From: a virus
Reading direction: 5' to 3' (one strand)
IMG/VR virus record: IMGVR_UViG_3300045988_166944
Length of the DNA: 59,806 bases
Shown: positions 1-7,723 of the stretch, piece after piece
How the letters are laid out: each line of letters opens with the position of its first letter
How positions within the stretch are numbered: position 1 is the first letter of the stretch
The notes under the pieces: generated by a model
What the model saw: the letters and a program-made list of their open reading frames with translations, nothing else
What the model was told of the DNA's origin: nothing
Databases searched by the model: none
Made by a program: the position numbers and the translations under genes

Positions 1-55
1 AACGCCTTTAACGTCTTTGAATTTTTCGGTATTCATTTTAAAAATCCTTTCTTTC
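1..55. repeat. Terminal overlap identical to 59752-59806, so the window is a circular closure of a 59751-bp unit
   Basis: The first 55 nt (aacgcctttaacg...aatcctttctttc) are repeated exactly as the last 55 nt. Confidence 0.95.
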
Positions 56-76
56 GTGTTTGTTTCGATGAATTGA

Positions 77-104
77 ATTATACGCCTTTTTAAAATCTTG
101 ACAA
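77..104 (-). promoter_or_regulatory. Sigma70-type promoter driving the leftward early operon that starts at 59787 (across the circular junction)
   Basis: The minus strand reads TTGTCA (104-99), a 16-nt spacer, then TATAAT (82-77). The start codon lies about 40 nt downstream. The plus-strand TTGACA (98-103) overlaps the same -35. Confidence 0.7.
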
Positions 105-110
105 TACTTA

Positions 111-130
111 AATCTAAAATATTTTAGATT
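111..130. promoter_or_regulatory. Perfect 20-bp palindrome, a candidate operator
   Basis: The sequence aatctaaaat/attttagatt is perfectly self-complementary. It sits just upstream of the minus-strand -35. An imperfect copy lies at about 1626-1645. Confidence 0.5.
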
Positions 131-173
131 TAATTGTAAAGTATTAATTTTAAAGGAAATTAATTTAAAGAGT

Positions 174-641
174 TTATCTAACCTTTGTCCAATATTTTGA
201 CAAAAAGCGTTTTTCGGCTTCTTTTTGCATGCCTTGCCGCAAGAGGTTTCGGGTTTCCGTCAATGCCCATTGTGTATAAGATTGCGCCATGACCTCATAA
301 TCACCGTATTGGTAATAGTCAACGTCGCCGCGTCGGAAAGGGATAATGGGGTAAATATTGCCCATTGAGGACACATACACACCGCCTGAAGGCGCGTTGT
401 TTTTCAGCGCGGCGGAATCCACCGTTAACCAATTATCGGGATACGGTTGACCGTCCATTTTTACAAGACAATCGGGCATTTTTCGCAGGGCATCAAAATC
501 AATATCTTTCAGCCCGCAATTGATGGTAATTTCAAAAATGACAAAAATGCCCAGCTTTTTGCCGATTGTTTTAATATCAACGATTGCGCCCGCAACGGTT
601 TTAAATGCGGATTGGTTTGTTGTTTGGATTGTTGCATACAT
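174..641 (-). CDS. Hypothetical early protein (155 aa)
   Basis: The ORF is tightly packed in a minus-strand cassette and has an AAGGA RBS upstream. No motif was recognised. Confidence 0.6.
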   Translation of the reverse strand: MYATIQTTNQSAFKTVAGAIVDIKTIGKKLGIFVIFEITINCGLKDIDFDALRKMPDCLVKMDGQPYPDNWLTVDSAALKNNAPSGGVYVSSMGNIYPIIPFRRGDVDYYQYGDYEVMAQSYTQWALTETRNLLRQGMQKEAEKRFLSKYWTKVR

Positions 642-653
642 TTTGACTAGTCC

Positions 654-938
654 TTAAATAGCTGTTAATGCAATGGCATAAATTTCATCATTTGTTAATG
701 GGGTGTCATTATCTAACTTTATGATTTGTAATAAATTTAAATCATCACAGTCCGATGTAAACGCCGACTCATTTTTAAACACCCATAGCTCCTTACCTAT
801 TTGCCTCGCACAATAGTAATACTTATATCCCGCGGTGGTCGTTTTTGTGCAACCCCGCATATATGTACGCCGCGCAATAGCTTTAAACGCAATCAAATCC
901 TTCGCTGGGCTTGATTTTTTTTTGACGACTTTATACAT
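654..938 (-). CDS. Hypothetical early protein (94 aa)
   Basis: Packed minus-strand ORF with an AAGGA RBS. No motif was recognised. Confidence 0.6.
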   Translation of the reverse strand: MYKVVKKKSSPAKDLIAFKAIARRTYMRGCTKTTTAGYKYYYCARQIGKELWVFKNESAFTSDCDDLNLLQIIKLDNDTPLTNDEIYAIALTAI

Positions 939-943
939 TTTGC

Positions 944-1195
944 TTAATCCTTTTTAATATCACACGCCGCTTTACCGGCGTCTGTCGCTTTTACATAGAT
1001 GGCGTTTTGCAAATGATTTTGGATTGTTCGGGGATTTTTGGACGGATAACGTACCAATTCCTTTTCGGTCGGCTCGACGACCACCATATAACCGTATGCT
1101 AAATACTCATCCAAGTTATCATGCCGCTTGTATACAGGTATTGCGACGTCATACTGAATGCTGGTTTTAAGTTCATTCATATGCTTGTATTTCAT
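944..1195 (-). CDS. Hypothetical early protein (83 aa)
   Basis: Packed minus-strand ORF with a GGAGCGG RBS. No motif was recognised. Confidence 0.6.
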   Translation of the reverse strand: MKYKHMNELKTSIQYDVAIPVYKRHDNLDEYLAYGYMVVVEPTEKELVRYPSKNPRTIQNHLQNAIYVKATDAGKAACDIKKD

Positions 1196-1206
1196 AATCC
1201 GCTCCG

Positions 1207-1551
1207 TTATTCAATAAAATATTGTTTATCAAATACACCCCAATCATCTGACCGACTACCAATCAACACACCGCTGCCTGATTGCGGGTAATAGACTGCA
1301 ATGCAATCTTGCCGTAAAGCATCGGACAGACCTTTGATAGCTTTCTCAAAATCAAGATATTCCGTATCCGACCGACCACTTAAAATCAAGGTCTTTTCTG
1401 TTTCGGATTGCGCAATTTTGGCGCAATCAAAATCAATGTTAAAAACAGGCAAAGCCGCCAAAACATTACCCGCGTGTAAATCTTCCATTTTTCCACCAAG
1501 TGTAAAATGAGGTGATGTTTTCAAACCGATATTTAAAACAAATTCACGCAT
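1207..1551 (-). CDS. Hypothetical early protein (114 aa), first gene of the cassette
   Basis: It starts directly after the duplicated leader (RBS AAAGGA) and lies downstream of the promoter at 1592-1619. Confidence 0.65.
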   Translation of the reverse strand: MREFVLNIGLKTSPHFTLGGKMEDLHAGNVLAALPVFNIDFDCAKIAQSETEKTLILSGRSDTEYLDFEKAIKGLSDALRQDCIAVYYPQSGSGVLIGSRSDDWGVFDKQYFIE

Positions 1552-1686
1552 TTCAAAAATCCTTTCTTTCGTGTTTGTTTCGATAAGTTGAATTATACGC
1601 CTTTTTAAAATCTTGACAATACTTATTTCTAAAATATTTTAAATTTAATTGTAAATCGTTGAATTTAAAAGGAATTACTTTAAAGA
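1549..1686. repeat. Duplicated early regulatory region, copy B (paralog of 34-170)
   Basis: Near-identical to 34-170, including the leader, the promoter core and the AT-rich dyad. Confidence 0.9.
1592..1619 (-). promoter_or_regulatory. Sigma70-type promoter for the leftward cassette 1551-174
   Basis: The minus strand reads TTGTCA (1619-1614), a 16-nt spacer, then TATAAT (1597-1592). The plus-strand TTGACA (1613-1618) followed by TATTTT 16 nt later may fire rightward. Confidence 0.7.
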
Positions 1687-1900
1687 TGATTTGATTTCAC
1701 CAGCAATTTTATCGAAAAAAAAAGCAATTAATGAACGCGCGAATAGCACAATAAAAATAATTTGTAAATAGTTATTTTATTAATTATAGCTATCCGCCCA
1801 TAGCCTTTCATTTATCCCTGAATTACTCCGCCGATTCATTCCCGCTGCTTATTATTTGGCAGGCTACGCGTTTGATTTCATCAACAAACACACCTGCGAA

Positions 1901-2008
1901 TTCACCCCTAGACAGGCTCTCTCCCAATATAAAATTTTCACCCCTAGACAGGCTCTCTCCCGATATAAAATTTTCACCCCTAGACAGGCTCTCTCCCGAT
2001 ATAAAATT
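1901..2008. repeat. Three tandem 36-bp direct repeats in the divergent early control region
   Basis: The unit ttcacccctagacaggctctctccc(g/a)atataaaatt starts at 1901, 1937 and 1973 with no spacers. Confidence 0.95.
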
Positions 2009-2102
2009 ATAAATGCGGCACAAGTCAAATCGAATAATATCTTTTGAAATAAATTAATTTTGAATTAAAACAACAATATTTACGATAATTGAGATTTAAA
2101 TC

Positions 2103-2131
2103 TTGACAGCGCCGCCCGTGCCGACAATAAT
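2103..2131 (+). promoter_or_regulatory. Candidate rightward early promoter
   Basis: TTGACA (2103-2108), a 17-nt GC-rich spacer, then AATAAT (2126-2131). It lies 34 nt upstream of the first + gene. Confidence 0.5.
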
Positions 2132-2164
2132 GGTCACACTTCTTAGAAACAAAAGGATTTGAAA

Positions 2165-2521
2165 ATGGAACAAAAATTTGAAACGCGTGGCGTGAAGAAA
2201 GGTACAAAGCGCGGGAGTTATGCAACAAAAAAGGTTGTTCATAAGACTCCGAAACTCGGTACAGTCGAGTGGGAATTGTGGCGGTTGCAAGTTGGTCAAA
2301 CCTACACATCGACGCGATTCCTGCACGTCGATGAGGCGACGGAAGATAAGCTGAAAAAGCTGAAGAACTCTATGCGCAGTCAGGTTGCGAATTACTTTAA
2401 GCAGATGCGTAGCGAGGCGTACAAGCGCGACTTCACCGTCTCCGTGTATGACATTTTCGATGAAAATCGAAAAACATTCGTTGTCTTCTGCGTGGTAACG
2501 GCTATTGAATGGAAGGGTTAA
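2165..2521 (+). CDS. Hypothetical protein (118 aa)
   Basis: ATG at 2165 with an AAAGGA RBS; the track start at 2159 is a TTG. The N-terminus is basic. No motif was recognised. Confidence 0.6.
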   Translation: MEQKFETRGVKKGTKRGSYATKKVVHKTPKLGTVEWELWRLQVGQTYTSTRFLHVDEATEDKLKKLKNSMRSQVANYFKQMRSEAYKRDFTVSVYDIFDENRKTFVVFCVVTAIEWKG

Positions 2522-2523
2522 AT

Positions 2524-3393
2524 ATGATTGAAGGTAAAAGCGTGACAGCCGTGATTATTGATGAGACTGGCGAGTATACTTCGTCAGTACGCAGAGGGCG
2601 TAATATCAAGGCTACCATTTTGGCGATGCATGAAGCATTCGTCAAAATGGCACAGGAATATGACGGTTTAGATAGCATCTTAATATGCTCACCCGCAGAA
2701 ATCGTTGCTGACCCTCGTTATTCGGCGGAAGATATTTGCAGAGATACCATTTATCGTAGTGCCAAAGGCAAGCTGGTGGTGAAGCGGACAGGCAAACCGC
2801 AAAATAAATCGGGTGAAACGCAGTCTGATGGGTACGCTAAAACGGGAGGCAAACCGCAAAATAAATCGGGTGAAACGCTATACCCAGACAACACTGATTT
2901 GATTGATGCAATCGTTGCAAAAGCTTTGTGTATGCCGACTGAGAAAAAAGAAGCTCGCCTCCAAGAAAGAGCTGACTATTTCAAAAGACGAACCTTTGAA
3001 GTGATGCAGGATATTCATGCTAAGGATGGTGTATTCCCCTGCTATGACAAAACAATCATCGCCGCCCTGCATACACCTCACGGTATATTCCTCGGCACAA
3101 ACGGTATCAAGAAGCAACCAGCGCAACACATCTGTCCACGCAATGGGCAAAGCATTAATCAAGGTTATGAAAAGTGTGTTGAGCAATGTGAGCAACCCTC
3201 CCATGCCGAATTGGCAGCCCTTCTTAAATACAAGACGCTCGTCGCCGAACCCGATTTTGAAAACAGTCGGATGGAAGTATACGGGGGAAAAGAAGTATGC
3301 TACCACTGTAAAACAACGCTCGAATTAGTAGGAATTCAGCGTATTATCCTCAAACCCCTTAATCAATTAGGAGAAATCAATGGTTATCAATAA
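2524..3393 (+). CDS. Protein with a C-terminal cytidine/deoxycytidylate deaminase-like zinc domain
   Basis: The C-terminal part contains GIFLGTNG, then PSHAELAAL, then VCYHCKTTLELVGI. This matches the H-A-E ... C-x-x-C deaminase zinc signature. The N-terminal roughly 160 aa is unassigned. Confidence 0.55.
   Translation: MIEGKSVTAVIIDETGEYTSSVRRGRNIKATILAMHEAFVKMAQEYDGLDSILICSPAEIVADPRYSAEDICRDTIYRSAKGKLVVKRTGKPQNKSGETQSDGYAKTGGKPQNKSGETLYPDNTDLIDAIVAKALCMPTEKKEARLQERADYFKRRTFEVMQDIHAKDGVFPCYDKTIIAALHTPHGIFLGTNGIKKQPAQHICPRNGQSINQGYEKCVEQCEQPSHAELAALLKYKTLVAEPDFENSRMEVYGGKEVCYHCKTTLELVGIQRIILKPLNQLGEINGYQ
2791..2878 (+). repeat. Intragenic 31-bp duplication 57 bp apart
   Basis: ggcaaaccgcaaaataaatcgggtgaaacgc occurs at 2791-2821 and 2848-2878. 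This encodes GKPQNKSGET twice. Confidence 0.9.
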
Positions 3394-3844
3394 AGATGAT
3401 TATGAATTGCTGAAGACAATTCAACAAAGCCCTGACCAATGTTTAGAAGTGGGTGCGCTTTTGTCGGAAAACCAGTTCGCACAGCTCGCACGCTTGCTCG
3501 GTCACCGCTATGTCGAACTCGTCCATGATTTTGGCGTAACGGCATTTTACGGCATCACTGAAAGCGGTAAGCAAGCGATTCAAATCTTCGAGGCAAACGC
3601 CGAAAAGGATGAAGTTGAAGAAGCCGTTACCGCCGATAAGTACCCCGCTTTGTTTGAAAACAAAGTGACTGGCGTTATTGTGTTGGCAATCAATCCAACG
3701 TGCGGCACGATTGTTAAAGAAGCAACTGTCGAATTTGAAATCGGTCAATACCCGCTCTACATCGGCACGTTCCAAACATGCTTCCAGCCGTTCTTTGACA
3801 AGACCGTTTGGCAACGTGTGCAATCCGTAGCAATCAACCTCTAA
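3380..3844 (+). CDS. Hypothetical protein (154 aa)
   Basis: ATG with an AGGAGA RBS. No motif was recognised. Confidence 0.6.
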   Translation: MVINKDDYELLKTIQQSPDQCLEVGALLSENQFAQLARLLGHRYVELVHDFGVTAFYGITESGKQAIQIFEANAEKDEVEEAVTADKYPALFENKVTGVIVLAINPTCGTIVKEATVEFEIGQYPLYIGTFQTCFQPFFDKTVWQRVQSVAINL

Positions 3845-3854
3845 GGAGTAGGTC

Positions 3855-4730
3855 ATGAAAGCGTTTATCCCCTACAAACTGACAGGCGAAGTCGAGTTCG
3901 CTGGCATCAAGGCAAGTCTCAAACCGATTGAGCCTCAAGGTTTGGCTGGCAGCATAACTTATATTGCGCCACATCCATGCCTGTATCCCGATGAGGCGGA
4001 AAGTGGTGTGGTTGTATTCGGTGAAAAGTATGGTACGCCAGAATTGACCGTGGTTATTCGCGAGCGCGTGATTCCTTCAAGTTCTATTCGCGATTACGTT
4101 GCGTCTAAGGAAAAAGAATACTGTAACGATACAGGTAGTGAACGTGCGCCACGAAAATTGCGACAGGACTGGGAAGAAGACTATCTGGTTAAACATTTGC
4201 CAACCGCGCCAATTAAAACGACAACCGTACCAGTTATGTTCTTGGTTAACGACGGCTATGTGTTGGTCGGTACATCATCTAAAAAAATCGCAGACCAAGT
4301 AATCTCTCACTTGTTGTTAACCATGAGCGACTTCAGCGTTGCGCCTTTTGACACAACCTATATGGGTGAGTGGTTGACAGACTGCCTTATTGACGGCGAT
4401 GGAGGCGATGTGTTCGGCATGGTCGAATATGAAAATCGTCAAAACGGCGTTCGTACTAAGTACACGGATGACCACGATTTGTTTGAAGCCCGAAACAAAG
4501 TTGGTGCTAATCCTGACATCATGGTTCGTGCTGCAATGTTCAATATTAACGAGGATGGCTCGTGTGTGATTAATCATAAAGGCGTTGTGTCCCAGATTAA
4601 GCTCGACTCGTCTAAGCCATCTTCGTCAACAGACCGAACGATTGAAGATAAGCGCGCTACACGAATTCTTATCACCGACCTCTGTATGCGGATTGTTGAT
4701 AAACTCAAAGATGTCAAGAAAGGTGAATAA
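3855..4730 (+). CDS. RdgC-like recombination-associated protein
   Basis: The length (291 aa) and sequence pattern resemble bacterial RdgC: VVIRERVIPSSSIRDYV ... RKLRQDWEEDYLVKHLP ... VLVGTSSKKIADQVISHL. The RBS is AAGGAG. Confidence 0.55.
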   Translation: MKAFIPYKLTGEVEFAGIKASLKPIEPQGLAGSITYIAPHPCLYPDEAESGVVVFGEKYGTPELTVVIRERVIPSSSIRDYVASKEKEYCNDTGSERAPRKLRQDWEEDYLVKHLPTAPIKTTTVPVMFLVNDGYVLVGTSSKKIADQVISHLLLTMSDFSVAPFDTTYMGEWLTDCLIDGDGGDVFGMVEYENRQNGVRTKYTDDHDLFEARNKVGANPDIMVRAAMFNINEDGSCVINHKGVVSQIKLDSSKPSSSTDRTIEDKRATRILITDLCMRIVDKLKDVKKGE

Positions 4731-4731
4731 C

Positions 4732-5568
4732 ATGTCAATGAAATTACCATATGACAGTGGCGTTGATTATCCGTCAACAACGTCAGCTATTGCCGAGATT
4801 ACCCAACAGCTTTATGAAAAACGACTGGGCAAAGGTGAAAGCGTATTCGTCCCAGACTTCCCGATGGAACACACTAGCGCGTTGAACTCAGCCCTTATCA
4901 CTGGTATGAACGTTGCGTTCTACACCAACGCGGACAGCGTGTACGGCGGCAAAGGTGTGCGCATCTACTCGTTGCACGACATCAAGAACTCAATTAAGGA
5001 CGAACCCCGCCTCAAGGCTGACCCCGTTGCATCCAAAAGCAATTCCGACACATGGCAGCATCGTATCGAGAAATGGTTCGGCTTTGAATTGAATGACATC
5101 ACATTCTTTTGGGACAGCAATGCTCAAAAGGTGTTTGTCGTTCATAAAGAAGACGAACCAGACTTTGTGCCTGCCGAACACCAATATCAAATCGGACTGG
5201 TTTCTGCCTTTGCGTGGATGAGTGACGTGGGTTCGGAATATCGCGGTTCTACCGCCGAGCCTCCCAAACCGACACATTTCGCCAATTTTGAGATGCCTCA
5301 AATCAACGTGTGGCAGGGTGTTAAACAGGTCATCTGGATGTACGATGAAACGGATGATGTTGTGACTGAGCATAGCAACTATCAGGCTGCCATGCAGTAT
5401 ACAACCAGCTTTGACGTTGAACATCAATTCGAACAAGCCCCATTGATTGCATGGTTGGCGTATAATGCAGCCAAGAGCTTCGTGAACGACGACAGTCTGC
5501 TTTCAGGAGAAGAACCTGTCATTGTTGCGAAGGACGATGTTTCGCACGATGAATTGGAGGACTTATGA
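4732..5568 (+). CDS. Hypothetical protein (278 aa)
   Basis: An internal ATG at 4732 with an AGGTGA RBS sits right after the upstream stop. The track ORF from 4585 overlaps the previous gene. Confidence 0.6.
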   Translation: MSMKLPYDSGVDYPSTTSAIAEITQQLYEKRLGKGESVFVPDFPMEHTSALNSALITGMNVAFYTNADSVYGGKGVRIYSLHDIKNSIKDEPRLKADPVASKSNSDTWQHRIEKWFGFELNDITFFWDSNAQKVFVVHKEDEPDFVPAEHQYQIGLVSAFAWMSDVGSEYRGSTAEPPKPTHFANFEMPQINVWQGVKQVIWMYDETDDVVTEHSNYQAAMQYTTSFDVEHQFEQAPLIAWLAYNAAKSFVNDDSLLSGEEPVIVAKDDVSHDELEDL

Positions 5569-5708
5569 TGTCTGAACAAAAAGACGATACGTTCGATATG
5601 GACAACCTCGACGCATTGGATGCCGTCGAAGGCGTAGTTGTTGTGGGTGGTTTCGACCCAGACAAAGATGAGGATGATGGTTGCGCAGGCGGTGCTTGCA
5701 AAATCTAA
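5565..5708 (+). CDS. Small acidic peptide (47 aa) ending in GCAGGACKI
   Basis: ATGATG overlaps the upstream TGA, which suggests translational coupling. The peptide reads MMSEQKDDTFDMDNLDALDAVEGVVVVGGFDPDKDEDDGCAGGACKI. It is below the length cut-off of the ORF track. Confidence 0.4.
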   Translation: MMSEQKDDTFDMDNLDALDAVEGVVVVGGFDPDKDEDDGCAGGACKI

Positions 5709-5716
5709 ATCCTTTA

Positions 5717-5751
5717 TTAATCCGCTCAGTTTGAAAGACTGAGCGGATTAA
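5717..5751 (+). terminator. Perfect 14-bp stem-loop after the small peptide gene
   Basis: The stem is ttaatccgctcagt / actgagcggattaa with a 7-nt loop. No U-tract follows, so its terminator function is uncertain. Confidence 0.4.
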
Positions 5752-5778
5752 TATAAACACTCAAACAAGGAAAATATC

Positions 5779-6471
5779 ATGATTATAGGAATTGTGGGTA
5801 AAGCTGGTGTGGGTAAAGACACCGCTGCCCAAATTTTAAGCAAACTCAAAAATATGCCGATTGCGTCTTTCGCAAGACCTTTGCACGAGGCTGCTAAATT
5901 CGTCTTTGGTAACGACTGCTTGGAGCGCGACAAGAAAGAAACGCCAATGCCTTTTGGCACATGTGGCTTCGGTAATTTCTACGAGAACTGGCTGATTCCT
6001 TTTTTGGAAACAGATGAGGTTCGGCTTATCACCAAGGACGATAAATCATTCCTTCAGCGACCTTTCCCCGTATTCACTGACCCCCGCAATGGTAGGTTTT
6101 ACCAAGAACTATCACCACGCAAATTCATGCAACTTCTCGGAACGGAATATTTCCGATTCTGTATGGATGAATTCTTCATCCATCTTATGCAGAACTCATA
6201 CGAAAACGTTATCATCCCTGACGTTCGATTTGAGAACGAAGCCGCTATCTGCGACCTGCTGATTGGTATCCATCGTGATGTTCCTTCGGTAAATGTCCAT
6301 TCGAGTGAAGAGTTTGCCGAACTAATTATTGACGATAATGACGACGGTCAGTCTGGAACAGTTAAAATCAGCGGCGGAAAGTGGCATAAATATCTGATTG
6401 TCTACAACACATATGATATTTCAGACTTAGAACAGAAACTGCAAAAACACGTCGACTTCGGTAATATTTAA
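5779..6471 (+). CDS. Deoxynucleoside monophosphate kinase (T5-type)
   Basis: P-loop GIVGKAGVGKDT at the N-terminus, followed by SPRKFMQLLGTEYFR and IIPDVRFENE, as in T5-type dNMP kinases. Confidence 0.7.
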   Translation: MIIGIVGKAGVGKDTAAQILSKLKNMPIASFARPLHEAAKFVFGNDCLERDKKETPMPFGTCGFGNFYENWLIPFLETDEVRLITKDDKSFLQRPFPVFTDPRNGRFYQELSPRKFMQLLGTEYFRFCMDEFFIHLMQNSYENVIIPDVRFENEAAICDLLIGIHRDVPSVNVHSSEEFAELIIDDNDDGQSGTVKISGGKWHKYLIVYNTYDISDLEQKLQKHVDFGNI

Positions 6472-6485
6472 TATCTCACTAAATG

Positions 6486-6521
6486 AAGCACTTAGCCGTA
6501 AAATACAGCTAAGTGCTTTTT
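6486..6521 (+). terminator. Rho-independent terminator (cassette R1)
   Basis: An 11-bp stem aagcacttagc / gctaagtgctt followed by a T-run. Confidence 0.8.
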
Positions 6522-6527
6522 AATTTC

Positions 6528-6556
6528 TTGACAATACTTATAAGCGTTGATATTAT
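6528..6556 (+). promoter_or_regulatory. Sigma70-type promoter (cassette R1)
   Basis: TTGACA (6528-6533), a 17-nt spacer, then TATTAT (6551-6556). Confidence 0.8.
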
Positions 6557-6592
6557 TCACCCATCAATCAACAACAAACAAAGGAAAAGATT

Positions 6593-6991
6593 ATGGCGTA
6601 CAATAATGACGCCAAACGATTGTTTGAGCAGTTCAAACACAATTTACCTCTAGCTATTAGGGAATATCGTTTAAGTCTTACTGGTAATGAAATGGGCGAT
6701 ATCCTTTCGAACATGATTCGTGACATGCCTGATGGTGCTGATAAAGAACAGATAAAGAGGGTTTTGAATTGCAAGGATTATTTCTTCGCTAGGGCGGATA
6801 AGCAAGGGAATGCTCGTTACGCAATTCCGTTTAGCTACTTCATGAAAGAAGGTTGTGATGAAAATTTTGTACGAAGCCTTCTCAAAAATACGTTTCGCGT
6901 ATACGGTAGCAGGGAACGCTATGTAACAACAGCGTCATCCCATTATGAACTCTTGGCAAAAGTAATTATGGTATTAGGAAGAGGTGGATAA
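6593..6991 (+). CDS. Hypothetical protein (132 aa)
   Basis: First gene after promoter R1. It starts MAY, like the gene after R3. Confidence 0.6.
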   Translation: MAYNNDAKRLFEQFKHNLPLAIREYRLSLTGNEMGDILSNMIRDMPDGADKEQIKRVLNCKDYFFARADKQGNARYAIPFSYFMKEGCDENFVRSLLKNTFRVYGSRERYVTTASSHYELLAKVIMVLGRGG

Positions 6992-6992
6992 A

Positions 6993-7247
6993 ATGGACGA
7001 ATTCGATATGGCTTTTATGCTGAACAACGCGGTATTCCTGACTGAAGATGTTCACGACAAAGTAAACGAACTGTCGAGAATATACAACTTTGTCAACTCT
7101 GCTGAAGTCGGTATCAATATTGAAACCGACAGCGATGAAGTTATCGGGTTGATGATAAGCGATTATTATTATCGTCCCGAATACGTCGTTGGCTTTGTCG
7201 AAATTGACGACAAATTATCAAAACTCATCATCCGAAAGGTAAAATAA
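6993..7247 (+). CDS. Hypothetical protein (84 aa), paralog of 7249-7500
   Basis: ATG at 6993 with a GGAAGAGGTGGA RBS; the track start at 6984 is a GTG. It shares LNNAVF(L/V)TED(V/L)HDK and an identical C-terminus, IDDKLSKLIIRKVK, with the next gene. Confidence 0.65.
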   Translation: MDEFDMAFMLNNAVFLTEDVHDKVNELSRIYNFVNSAEVGINIETDSDEVIGLMISDYYYRPEYVVGFVEIDDKLSKLIIRKVK

Positions 7248-7248
7248 A

Positions 7249-7500
7249 ATGAATGAGCATGAGGTTATGACACTGCTGAATAATGCAGTATTTGTAACTG
7301 AAGACCTACATGATAAGGCGGCTGAATTGGTGGATAACTACAATTTTGCCGACTTCACATACGTTTCGCTTCATCTCGAGGAAGAGGACTGTACGTACTT
7401 AAAACGCCTGTTATCTGATTGCCCGAACATTCATTATGTTATTGGTCTCTCTGAAATTGACGACAAATTATCAAAACTCATCATCCGAAAGGTAAAATAA
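7249..7500 (+). CDS. Hypothetical protein (83 aa), paralog of 6993-7247
   Basis: Tandem duplicate. Its 3' end and downstream junction, about 50 nt, are identical to the previous gene. Confidence 0.65.
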   Translation: MNEHEVMTLLNNAVFVTEDLHDKAAELVDNYNFADFTYVSLHLEEEDCTYLKRLLSDCPNIHYVIGLSEIDDKLSKLIIRKVK

Positions 7501-7501
7501 A

Positions 7502-7723
7502 ATGAAAGTAAATGCTCTGCATACAATCAAAAATATTGCGGTATTCTTGATTATCTTTTATGTCGACGCGCAACTGCTCGACAAACTCACCAATGCAAGA
7601 AATGCCAGCGACATTATCGTATATCTCGTATCGCTCTTCTTTATGCTGACGATTCTTATCGTACACTCATATCTCTTTTATGAACGTGTAAACCCCAAAG
7701 AAAAGGAAAATCAAAATGATTGA
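7502..7723 (+). CDS. Small membrane protein (73 aa, two hydrophobic segments)
   Basis: The segments IAVFLIIFYV and IIVYLVSLFFMLTILIV are hydrophobic. Confidence 0.55.
   Translation: MKVNALHTIKNIAVFLIIFYVDAQLLDKLTNARNASDIIVYLVSLFFMLTILIVHSYLFYERVNPKEKENQND

Larger units (their letters stand above)
34..170. repeat. Duplicated early regulatory region, copy A (paralog of 1549-1686)
   Basis: About 137 bp is near-identical to 1549-1686. It covers the start codon, the leader cctttctttcgtgtttgtttcgat, the promoter core tcttgacaatactta and an AT palindrome. Confidence 0.9.

Noticed and set aside
1-55. The 55-bp terminal duplication as a true direct terminal repeat of the virion DNA
   Set aside because: The overlap is short, lies inside a coding sequence and its leader, and has the look of an assembly circularisation overlap. 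True termini cannot be inferred from it.
1901-2008. Possible CRISPR array, because of three identical-length repeats
   Set aside because: The 36-bp units are directly contiguous with no spacers. There are only three copies and no cas genes. This is a plain tandem repeat.
1823-2047. ORFs 1823-2023 (-) and 1856-2047 (+) with internally repeated peptide sequence
   Set aside because: The peptide periodicity is only the 36-bp DNA repeat read through in frame. There is no RBS, and one of the starts is a TTG.
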